47,510 nucleotides of DNA from Saprolegnia diclina VS20 (taxonomy: Eukaryota). A program made the position numbers and the translations under genes. The stretch spans positions 79,411-126,920 of the forward strand of contig NW_008246083.1 in NCBI RefSeq assembly GCF_000281045.1. The letters are read 5' to 3'. This document shows, piece after piece, positions 31,977 through 45,800 of this stretch; position 1 is the stretch's first letter; every line of letters starts with the position of its first letter. The notes under the pieces were generated by a model. That model did no database searches and was not told the DNA's origin. It saw nothing but the letters and a program-made list of their open reading frames with translations.

Positions 31977-32478
31977 CCATGCGCGCTACGAGTCGAGAAA
32001 TGAAGTTCATATTGCATGCTCGACCACTCGTAGCATGCACCGATTGCATGCAAGCATGTGCGATGCTGGACGCTCGCCTGCAGGTCTCGCAATCGTTCGC
32101 ATCATCCTTTCTTGGCCACGCCCTCGACGGTAGCACCCCATGCACTCACGCTGCGCGAGCCGCTGCACGCAGGTCGTACCTTGCGGCGGCGCGCGTACAG
32201 AAGGTCCATCTTGGAGACACTGTTCGGCGGGCGCATGGTCATCGCCCACCGCCCGCTCGTCGCGGCCCCAAACGCGCTCGTCTACGGATGTTTGGATCGT
32301 ATCCGTACAATCCCCAAGTTTCGCGCGAAAACGCGATAATGAAAACGCCTCCAAAATACAATGTTGTTTTCCCTTCACCTAAGTTTTCGCTACGAAAACC
32401 AAGTTGTTTGCCGCCTCACCACTCGCAAGGTGCATTAAAACAGCGTCGAATACTATCACTTGACAAAACGCGGGATCC

Positions 32479-35299
<2,821 letters not shown>

Positions 35300-35318
35300 A
35301 CCACTACCCAATGTGTCT

Positions 35319-35573
35319 TCACAAATATACGTGGCAGCAGCAGGAAAGAGTCAGGCGCCAGAACTGCCGCTCCTGCTGCCTCCGGATCTCCACGTCGTGA
35401 CGCATCATGATGGAGCGCATCTTGCTCCACCGCATGGCACGATTCTGCATGATCTCCATTGTCTTGGCATGTCCATGATGGCTGAAGTAGACGAGGTACA
35501 TGCGGCGGATGCATAGACGGCGGCGGCGCTCGCGGCGCTGCGGCGGATGATATCCGCCTGATTCATTTTGCAT
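35319..35573 (-). CDS. Small basic hypothetical protein (about 84 aa)
   Basis: ORF MQNESGGYHPPQRRERRRRLCIRRMYLVYF..FWRLTLSCCCHVYL with an A-rich start context. No family recognised. Confidence 0.4.
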   Translation of the reverse strand: MQNESGGYHPPQRRERRRRLCIRRMYLVYFSHHGHAKTMEIMQNRAMRWSKMRSIMMRHDVEIRRQQERQFWRLTLSCCCHVYL

Positions 35574-36016
35574 TTTTAAAGTTGACTTGCGTTTTGTATG
35601 CTGCGGCATGAACGTCTGCGATCGAACCGGGGCCAGTTTATCACACCGCCTGGCTACGGGGCAGCTGGCCCGTCGGGTGCTGATTTATTTTATCATCGAT
35701 CGATTTGTATGCAGTTCCGCCAGTTGACAAAAAAACCATCGAAACGCTGAACGCCTCCTGTGACTAATGGACGCCAGTATAATAATTTGCCGACGGGTTG
35801 CTGTTGGGCCAAAGAAGGCGTTTGATTGGCCACCGGCACCAGAACACGCATGATGATTGGCTGAATTTCGCGAACCCTACCCCGTCTGATCGGGCGCACG
35901 CTGTATTTTTTTAATGCAAAATAATTTTTGCTGCTTTTTTACAGGCGACCGCGGGTAAGTATCGCATACAAATTTCCATATACTCGCGCGACATGTGCCC
36001 GCCGGCCGGCCCCGAG

Positions 36017-36032
36017 TCATTCTCGCATTTGC
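36017..36032 (+). promoter_or_regulatory. Oomycete INR+FPR core promoter
   Basis: TCATTCTCGCATTTGC, about 28-43 nt upstream of the ATG at 36060. Confidence 0.68.
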
Positions 36033-36059
36033 CGGCCGCCAGTCACCACCTCCTCCGCC

Positions 36060-36443
36060 ATGTACTCGCAGACCGTCCACGGCATGGCCGCCTACAACCC
36101 GTATACGCTGCATGACGACTCGCACCTGCGTCAGCGCTCGTCGCCCATGTACAGCTACAGCCAGGCGCCGCGCCCGTATATGCCGTACGGCAACCAGAGC
36201 CCGACCAAGTACCACCACCACTACGACGGCCACCACCACCATCACCACATGAGCCAGCACGACGATGACTTTTACCTCGACCACGCTGCGTTTACGATTG
36301 TGCCGACGGTACCGACGCCGGAAGAGCTCACGCGCTACGAGTATGGCCGCACGCCGTCCGGCAAGGTGCTCGTCACGGCGGGCAACCAGACGGTTGAAAT
36401 CTTCACGGGTGTCATGAACGCGCCGCCATGCTACATGGAGTAA
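36060..36443 (+). CDS. Small Tyr/His-rich hypothetical protein (127 aa)
   Basis: Strong C/G-ending codon bias and an INR+FPR upstream. Low-complexity Y/H-rich N-terminus and a compact C-terminus (PTVPTPEELTRYEYGRTPSGKVLVTAGNQTVEIFTGVMNAPPCYME). Confidence 0.75.
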   Translation: MYSQTVHGMAAYNPYTLHDDSHLRQRSSPMYSYSQAPRPYMPYGNQSPTKYHHHYDGHHHHHHMSQHDDDFYLDHAAFTIVPTVPTPEELTRYEYGRTPSGKVLVTAGNQTVEIFTGVMNAPPCYME

Positions 36444-37145
36444 GTAGCACGGTCGCTGCGCCTCGCCGTTTGCTGTGCGCCAAGCCCGACCCGACCGACG
36501 CTGCTCTTTGTAGAGTATGGAACGTGTGTAAATAAGGCACGTCGGTCGGCACGACTTGCGACGCGGCGATCCGGGGCGATCGACATTAGAGATTGTAGGC
36601 CATATGAGTAAGAATAGCGTGTACGATGAGAAGACACGCTCGTATTATCTATTAATAATATGTTAATTCTTGATACCCCACATGATTTCTTATCGTCCTT
36701 CAGGATGGCATGATGGGGTTTTCCGAGATTGATGATGTGATGTCATGTATGATGTGGCTCGCACCCAAGAGGAGCGTGGACGCGCGCCGCCTCTGCGCGC
36801 TTCAACTAGAGGCACGGTGTATCTTTGTGCTGCAGAACGCGGATCTTGGCCTGTCTTGGTGTACGGTACTGTTGCTCGTCGTGTCCCATATTGCCTATCC
36901 ATGTCGCCGTAGCTGCACGAGGCGTCCTCGTCGGGCCGTGCCTGCGCCGACGCTTTGGCCGCGGCCAGCGATGTATCGTGTCGTCGTCGTCATCGACGTT
37001 GCCAGCCGGACGCCACATCACCTGCCGCCTTTCTCGCCGGCATGGCGTTGCGTTTTAAAATCCGCGTCGCTGATTGGCTGACATTTGATGGACCACGTGG
37101 CGCTACTCCAATCACAGGACGTGGTTGCATTGGATTACGAATTCA

Positions 37146-38585
37146 CTATTGCGGGTCCTGGGCCCGGATCGCGAGCGAGGCCGCGGAGGCGTCAATGGCC
37201 TGCGCAAAGGCCGCGACCCACTCGTTGAGCTCGCGGAGAGACTCGGCACAGAGCCGAAGCGCAGGGTTGGACTCGTGCAGCACCTAGCGTTGCGTGAATG
37301 CGACGTGTTTGGAAGCGCTATGTGCACCTTGAACTGGTGCGGCCGCCGCTTCTCGCTCTTGATACGGATCGAGTAGCCGCTGAGCTTGTACACTTCGACG
37401 GGTGTCACGTCGTCCTCGTGGAGGTAGATACCAACGGACCCTTTCCGAATCAGGAGCACAAAGAAGAAGCGCTCCCACGCTTTGTGGAAGCGCGTGCCGA
37501 CCATGCGATCGAGGTAGCCGCGTTTGATGAGCGTCACTTTTGCCGCTTTCTTTGGGGGTGTCGCTGCTATGGCATCGTCGCATGAGTCAAAGAACAGGAG
37601 CGACCGCGTGCATACGTGGCATGACGGGAGACGGCGCAATGTCCTGCGTTGGCTCGAACACGCCCTCGCCGGCGCTTGTCGACACTGTGCTCTCAACGTC
37701 ATTGGGCTGACCCAGTAGTAGCTTGGAGTCGGGCGCGATTTCGTGGCCGGTAGCGAGGACCTTGAGAATCGGTGCCGGGATTTGCTCAATGCACTGGTTG
37801 CATACACGTTGCTTGCGCTGGGGCACACCAGGAAAGAGCCTTAGCCCAATGCGACTCGACGAGCACGGCGCACACACAAGCCGCGAGCAGCGTCGGCACT
37901 GCAACTGCATCAACACGCTAGCAAATAGGCGAAGACGCTTACGTGGTGACGCCGGTTGAGGAGTGTGAACCCTTCACCGCAGTTGGAACACGCGTACGAC
38001 GACGAGTCGAGCGTCCACTCGGCCTACAACGATGTGTCCATAAGGTGTTGGCTGCGTCCGTGCCGTGTACGAGCAGCGCGACATCGGGCGTCGCGGGGCT
38101 GTTCCATGTCGGCACGACGTCTGTGAGCACACGGATGTACTTGACGGCCGCGTCCGTCTTGGACATACGCCCGAGCTTTTCCCATTTTTGTCTAGTACAT
38201 GTGAGTGACAGGAGGCGCTACATGGCAATAAGGTCGTACAAGCGGGTTTCGCCGGCAAAGCGCCCGCAGCAGCCAAGCCATTTGGACTTGTTGCCTACGG
38301 TTGCATGCATAACGTTAGTACGATGCTCGAACGCAGGAGGTGCGCACTGCAAGCGAATTGATTTGCGCGGTAGTCGATGGAGCCGCGGTACTCTTCGCAC
38401 GGACCGTGCAGCACTTGCTGCTTTAGTGCCCATAGCACGTCGTCCCAGTTGTGCAGCGGCCATACGCTCGGGTCCACTGCAACAGGATCCGACTGCAAGC
38501 GCGAGAGGAGCGTCGACGCGACCTTCTCGGCACGAAGGAACGTCGACGTGAGCTCCTTGTCGTTGTCGATGAAGGCCAGCGCCAT
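37146..38585 (-). CDS. Multi-exon ACBP-like + FYVE + PH domain protein
   Basis: ACBP-like segments LWALKQQVLHGPC and KWEKLGRMSKTDAAVKYIRVL. Canonical FYVE WTLD..CSNCGEGFTLLNRRHH|CRRCSRLVCAPCS..RVCNQC. PH domain IKRGYLDRMVG..KAWERFFFVL..LRLCAESLRELNEWVAAFAQA. Confidence 0.8.
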
Positions 38586-39113
38586 GAATCGGACTCGTGA
38601 AACGGGCTCCAATCTTTTTTTGATCCGAAAGGACGAAAGTGCCGCTTGGTGTTGCACGATCTAGATCTGGGCCAAAACCAGATTCTCCGCCAAGATCTTA
38701 GCCCTCCACGAGCACCAATGCAACGCTATACCTACACTGCTACGCATGACAAGCCAAGACCTTTGTTCTCCTTGAAGAACTGTTGCGACGGTGCTGTCGA
38801 CAGAATTGCCCTCAACTCGCAACTGCAATGTCATCTGTACGACCTCGGGGATGACCACGATGTCGATACGCACGGAGGAGATTTTGCCGACGAGCTTTGC
38901 ACGCGCCATGAACCTTAGCCTTTGGAGGACCATTGATCGCTTGCTTGTGAGAACTGCAGTCTGTCGAAGAGAGCTGCTGGTGTGTGTTGAGAGAGTGCTG
39001 TCAAGGAGTGTTGATGGCTGCTATCACCTGCGTCCGGATATTGACAAACGAGCGATCCGGATATGCGACCAACCTCGCAGCCAGTTGGGATTTTTTCGAT
39101 TTTCGAGCCGAGC

Positions 39114-39758
39114 ATGAGCAGCAGCGGCAAGCCGATGGGGAGCGTCTCGAGCACGCCGCCGCCGAGCAGTAGTGCGTCGCCGACCAAGAGCGTGATCCAG
39201 CACGTGCGCGACATCAAGGAGATGGAGACGCCGCGCCTGCTCCGGTACATGCGCGTGGGCAACATCCTCTGCGCGATTCTGCAGATCTTTGCCGGCATCG
39301 GGGGCATTGCGTCCATCATCACGTTCAACCTCACGGCCGTCTTTGTCTCGGTGTACATCATCATGTTTGGCGTGCTCTTCCTCCTCTTCGAGTGCCGCCT
39401 CTCGCGCTTTGACAAGAGCCTCCGCACGAACTTTGGCTTTCTCTACTCGTACAAGGGCCGCGCGTTCTTCATCTTCTTCATCGGCTTTATGGACTTTGGC
39501 ACGGACGACGGCCTTGGCTACATCGCCGGCGTCATCATGTGCATCAATGCATTCCTCAACTTTTACGCCATGATGCGCCACCCCGAGTTCAAGAACGGCA
39601 ACCTCTCGTCGTCCTCGGACCCGACTGTCGGGTATGCGGCCGCGCACCAAGAAGCCCAGAACTTTATCTCGAAGAACCCGAACATTGCGATGCAAGCGAC
39701 CAACTACGCCTTCTCGCAGGCCAACGCGGCCGCGCCCTCGTATGGCAGCCAGTCGTAA
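39114..39758 (+). CDS. COPI-associated / Tvp15-like Golgi membrane protein
   Basis: Four hydrophobic segments. Signature VYIIMFGVLFLLFE..LRTNFGFLYSYKGRAFFIFFIG. Confidence 0.85.
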   Translation: MSSSGKPMGSVSSTPPPSSSASPTKSVIQHVRDIKEMETPRLLRYMRVGNILCAILQIFAGIGGIASIITFNLTAVFVSVYIIMFGVLFLLFECRLSRFDKSLRTNFGFLYSYKGRAFFIFFIGFMDFGTDDGLGYIAGVIMCINAFLNFYAMMRHPEFKNGNLSSSSDPTVGYAAAHQEAQNFISKNPNIAMQATNYAFSQANAAAPSYGSQS

Positions 39759-39841
39759 TCGAAGTGATTCTTTGCCATCGTGTGCGGCGATCCTCTTGTG
39801 ATGCAAGGCAGTCGTGTAGCTGATAGATGCAGTAGTCGAGC

Positions 39842-40303
39842 TTACTTTGCCGAATCGAGGAACTTGCGGATGCGCTCGAGCATGTCGGCCTTGATCGAGT
39901 CGGGCACCGCAGCGCGGCCCTTGGGTGTGATCTCGTCGACGAGGTCCTCGACCGTGATTTGGTTGATGCCTTTGGTCTTGATGAGCTCTACACGCATCCG
40001 ATGACCTTGACAATACGCACCGATAGCACTGCACCTTTGCAGTATGTGCGCATTTCGTCGCGCCAGCCACACTCGGTGAGCTTCTGCCGCAGCGCTTCCT
40101 TAAGCCTACGATCAAGGATGAGCATAAGCGAGCACAGTTGCGGCATGCCGCCGTACCGCTCCTTCTCGCCCGACTCGACGAGTCTCTGGTTGATCGTCTC
40201 CTTGACTTGCTCGTCGAGCTTCTTGCGGTACTCGTAGGATCTACGCCACGTCGTCGCCATGAGACTCTCGAGTCGATGGACGAGAGGGAGCGTACTCGGC
40301 CAT
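39842..40303 (-). CDS. ENY2: Transcription and mRNA export factor ENY2/Sus1 (4 exons)
   Basis: Spliced product [98 protein letters not shown]. Confidence 0.93.
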
Positions 40304-40588
40304 GATGGACGGGCTTGTGTTGTGGGCAGCTGGTGGTTTTTCTAAGCATCCGGATACGGTGCCACCAGATAATTGCCGACATCCAGCCCCAGCTGCCAAC
40401 ACACGCCACATCGATCGTCCAGCAGCATTTCTAGCTCTGTGCATCGTTCGCTTTGCCTGTAGCGCGCTTTGCTCAGCGGGCGCGTCCACTGGGCGTGCGA
40501 TGTATTGCCGCGATGAATCCAGCACTTATCTGGTCTTTTGGTCGAGGTACCGTATCCGGACAAACAAATCTTTGACGCGACCCTTTGG

Positions 40589-42786
40589 ATGCTGCCAGCG
40601 CGTCGCGGGTCCAAGGCGGCGCCGGTAGGTCCAGTGGCCATGACTGCAAGCATGGAGCTGAGCTGTAGCACAAGCAGACCGATGCGAAGAGCAGCCTCGA
40701 TGCCAAGAAGGCGGCGAAGCGGAAGAAGTGGGAGCTACAGACGTACGTGGCCGCGCGCGACTTTACCGGCGCGTTGACGCTCCTCGCCTTTGAAGCCAAG
40801 CACGGCAAGAGTAGTAGCCGTCGCACGAACGCGCTCTGGAGCGCGTACTGTCACTTTTACCTCGGCGAGTACGAGCTGGCGTTGCAGCAACTCGACAGTG
40901 CGCTCGTACGCTGCCGCCACCATGTTGCCCCGTCTTGATGGATATCGCAGGCCATGGACGAAGAAGAGACCGATGCTGATCACGGCGCCGACGTGCGCGA
41001 CTACATTCACTTGCAGCGCGCCTGCTGCTATCTCTACCTCCATGTACGCTGACGGTCGCGCGCCTCCAAATGACAATGCCACAGGAGCTGCCCACGGTGC
41101 ACGACGTGCTCACGCAGTCGCTGCCGCCGACGCTGCGCCACGAGACCCTCCAAGCGGCACGGTACCGCCTCGAGCTCGTCCTGGCGCAGCGCGAGGACAA
41201 GTCGATGACGGTCGCGTCGCGCCTCGGACAACTCTTGACGGCGAACGTGCGCGACCAGCTCGCTGCCGCGGCCATTCTCTTCCGCCAGCGCAATTTTCAA
41301 GGCGTATACCCTTCAATGCACACTCTTGTCGATACGAATCCTGTGTCTACTAGGCCATGGACATTTACAAGCGCCTGGCATCGCGGGATGAAGGGTACGC
41401 GGCGGTCCAGGTCTACCTCGCCATGTGCTATTACAACCTCGAGTTCTATGACGTGTCGCTCGAGATGCTCAACAACTACCTCTCGCTCGACCCGCACAGC
41501 GTTGTGGCGCAGAACCTCCGCGCGTGCAACGTGTACCATCTCACGGACGGGTTCGTCGCCGAGCAGAGCGTTGCGCTCTCGGTATCGCTGCCCCGTCCCC
41601 TTCGACCCGACACGTTTCTTCGGGGTAGGCCCACGTGCACAAGACCCACGTGCTTCTCGAGCACAACATTATGGCCTTCCGCGACACCGAGTACCGCTTG
41701 GCGGTGTGGACGTCGCTCTTTGGTATCGTTCCGGAAGCGCTCTTGAATGCCGCCATCTTCCACCTCAAGCAACGTCAGATGCGACTGGCGTACCACCTGC
41801 TCGAGAGTCTCGAGCCGTCGACGCCGATCGAGTATGCGCTCAAAGGTCGACCTCGCACGCTCCTTAGTTTTCTTAGTTGCTGCGTGCAGGGGTCGTGCAC
41901 AGCTGGAAAGGCCAGAGCGACGGCCAAGGCGGCACCGACGAGCATTTGTTTCTGGCCGAAAAGTTCTTCGAGACGGTCGGCGCGTCACCGTCCGAATGCG
42001 ATACGATCCGAGGCCGGCAATGCATGGCGTCGTTCTACATGCTACGCAAGGAGGTAGTTCTCTTATGACTATAGACCATTGGTACACTCGGATCTTTTAG
42101 TTTGAGACGGCCGTGACGTACCTCAAGTCGATATCCATGTACCACGTCAAGAACGACGCGTTCAACTGGAACTATGGCATGGCACTCGCCGCCATGGGCT
42201 GCTACTCGGTAGCAGGCGGTTGAGCAATCGACGAGATACACTAGTGTGTAGGAAGCCGAGTCGGTGCTCACGCAGATCCAGGACCCGGCGTGGAAGCACC
42301 GGTACCTCTACTGCGCCTGGCTCGCCCGCTGCCACATTCGGTCGATCCAGCAGTCGCACTTGGCGTGGGAGATATATCTCAACATGCAAGACTCGAACGA
42401 CGCGCTCGAGCTCCTCAAGCTCATTGCCCACGAGTTCTACCTCGTATGCCGCCTGTTGTAAGTCGGAGAAGGTTTGCCAAGACGCTCGTAGATGGCCGAC
42501 TATTTCTTCGCCGCCAAAGCCTTTGACGTCCTCGAACGCGTGGACCCGGACCCCGAGTACTGGGAGGCCAAGCGCGGGGCGTGCGTAGGGTATTTCAACA
42601 AGGTACAACTTGTCGGATATGAACACGACAACACCATGTGCAAAGTCGGTCACGGGCAAGTGCGACCCGGTCAAGCTCCAGCAAGTGCTCACGATGCTCG
42701 AGAGCTCCAAGCACCACCAAGGCAAAGGCATTGCACGTACGTTGCGCCATTGGTGCGAGGCCAAGACGCTCTTACCGCGGTCGTGA
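40589..42786 (+). CDS. IFT56: Intraflagellar transport protein 56 (TTC26/DYF-13), multi-exon TPR protein
   Basis: [103 protein letters not shown]. Confidence 0.92.
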
Positions 42787-42839
42787 TATATATGTATAAA
42801 TTGATTGCTACATTCACAAAATTAAACTAGATATACGTA

Positions 42840-45800
42840 TTAACTTGCGTCGTCGAGCGGGTCGAGCTGCGAGAGCGAGGTGGCAGATGACGTGATTGAG
42901 GAGGCATGGAGATCCGACACACTCGACGTTTTGGATGAGCTCAGTGACGACGACCCGTAGCTTGACGTCGACGCGGACGAGTAGCTTGAAAGGCTTGAGC
43001 GGCTATCCGACGACGAGACATAGGACGTGGTCGCCTCCGAGTCGGAACTCTCGAGCGTTGCGTCGTCGACAGCAACCTTGGCCAGCGCGTCGACCAGCCA
43101 TTGGTGCACGAGCGTGGTCGCCACGGTTTGCTCCGTCTTGACAAGTGCCGTGTGAGGCGTCGTCACCGTCGCGGGGGGTGCCGGGGGAACGGGTACTGAC
43201 GCAGGAAGGGCCACTGAGGGCACGACCGGTGGTGAGTCTCCTTGGGCTTGGTCGTACGTCGCTGAGACTACCTTGGCCGCGTGGACAGCATCGGCTGCGG
43301 TAACTTCCATCGACTCTGTTAGCCACGCAGACAAGAGGTGCCGGGATAGAAGCGCACACAAGGTCGGATCGACTGCAGAGGAGCTGCTCGCTTCGTGAGA
43401 CTCGGGGGTGTCGGGACGCTTTGCTGTTAGTGGGGCGTTCTCGTTGACCGACACGGCTGATGCGTCATCGATGAGCGAGGTGCTCTGCGACGGCTCGCAA
43501 GCAGACGTAGCCACCGAGGACACGGCTTCGTGTAGCCAAACACGCACGAGTTGCCCCGCAACTAGAGAAGCGGCGATGGCGTCATCAATGGGCAAAGAGA
43601 GCTCCGAGTCCACGCGCCAGAGTGGTGCAGTAGGCGTCGTCTTGACGACATCTGGCAACTTGGACGCCGGCAGCGGCTCAAAAACGTCGACTGGCAAGCG
43701 CTGGAGCTCGGACATGCTCGGGACGCCATCCACAGGAGCAGCGCCGGCCAGGGCGTCGTCGAGCGGCATTGAGGGAGGTGCTTCGCTGTCGCGACCATCG
43801 TCGATACCAGACAGGTTGTCTGCACTTGCTGTCAAGGGCAGAACGGCCTGCCACGCGGCAAAGCCAAAGTGGCTGGCCACGTTGGCGTACAGTCCTTGAG
43901 TTGGATGCGTCCGGACGACTGGCAAAGCGTCGACGACGTCGATCAATGAGGGCGGCGTCGCGCTGGCATTGAGGACGAGCTGCTTTGCAACGCAGCTCAC
44001 ACTGGCTTCATACAACCACCCACGCACGAGTTGCCCCGAGAGCATCGAGGCAACGACAGCGCGATTGATCTCGTCCATCTCGCTTGCGCTCGGCTCGATT
44101 GCTCTGGCTTCTTCGACTTTGCTCGGCACCCGTTGGAGTGTTTCGTTCATGATATTGGTGGTCTCGGCAATGACGGTGTCGGCGATAGCACTCGACGTCG
44201 CACCCGCTGTGAGCTCGTGGCGGCGCGCTGTCAACTGGACGATCTCGTCCATTACGGTGTAGGTCCACGCGCGCACCAGCTGTCCGGCCAAGATGGACAT
44301 GGCTACCGTGCCGTCCTGAGATTCTTCGGACGAGTTGTCGTCCGGGTTCTCGCGCATAGACACTGCGACAAAGGATGCGAGCGGAGCGTCGTCAACGACA
44401 TCATGTGGTGACGCAAGCTGTTGCGTTGCTCGTTGGACAATGTTGTCCATCACATCGTAGACCCAGATGCGAACGAGTCGTCCGGCCATCACTGACGTTG
44501 CGACGATGCGACATGCGTCACTGATGTCGTCAGACTCCATGTCGGCCGTCTTGACACTGCTTGGAGGCACCTCGATGGCTGCCATCTCCGTCTCGGTAGA
44601 CAGTCGCGAAAGCTCGTCTTGTGGCTTCTTGGTTTGGGGCTCGCTTAGCTTGGCCGAGCGCTGGACGATAATGTTGTCCATAGCCTCGTAGACCCACGCA
44701 CTCACGAGCACGCCTGCGAGGATCGAGGCGGCTACACTCGTGTCGTCGCTTGTCTCCGCCTCGTCAACGACTACGGGTGTCACGGATAGCGTAGGTCGCG
44801 CGTCATCACCGACCACAGGTGGCGTAGGAGCTTCGGCTACAGCGCATGCTGCAGCGTCCGCAGCATGCTCGTGGCGTCGTGCTGAAAACTGCACAACTTT
44901 GTCCATCGTCTCAAACAGCCAAACACGGACAAGTTGTCCGGCAAGGATCGAGACTGTCACGTTGACGAGATCGTCGTTCTGTGCCTCGTCGTCGGACAAA
45001 GGCTCGTCTGCAGCGCGGCAATCTTCCTTGGCGGTCGCGGCCGCTGACGAGGGCGTCGGTGTGACAATGACATCTGTTGCGACTGTCAAACGCTCGGTGC
45101 GTCGTGCTGAGATTTGTTGAGCGACCTCATCCATGGTCTCGTACAACCATCCGCGCACGACTTGACCAGCCAAGACGGACACGGCGACGTTGACGAGGCC
45201 GCCCTCAGGTGGCTTGTCTTCGGACGACTGCAAGACAGCGACCGGAGCATCATCATCGCAAACTTCCAGCGGAGCTAGATATGCAGCAGTAGACGCCAGA
45301 GTGCGTTCCGCAATGACATCACAGGTCTCGTAGAGCCACACACGCACGAGCCGGCTGGCAACAAAGGCCACGGCAACCTCTTCGTCGTGAGCCGCCATAT
45401 CGAGAGCATCGACTTCGCTGGCGTCGATCGTTGCCAGCGCAGACAGTGGTGTCGGAGCATCTACCGTCTCTTCGGGCTGAGGCGACGAAGCAACGTTATT
45501 AAGTGACGACGAAGGGACATCCTCCAATGTCGCAGCGGTGGTAGCGTCGTGTTCATGCGAGCGGCATGTAAACCAAGCAACTTCTTCCATCATCTCGGAC
45601 AGCCACGCGCGCACGAGGTGGCCGGCGAGGATCGAAACGGCGACCTGCGAGCGCATACTGTCGTCTTCGTCCATTGGCGGTAGCGACGGACACGCGTCAA
45701 GGCCAGGCGGGTCGACGACCGACACGACCGGCGGTTGTTCCGACGCCGTCTCGATGCCCACGATTGAAGTCAGCGCAGAGTCGCGTTGGGTGGTCATGGC

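Noticed and set aside
36690..37080. Possible small gene between the Tyr/His ORF and the PH-domain gene
   Set aside because: Several short overlapping ORFs with no consistent splice model or motif.
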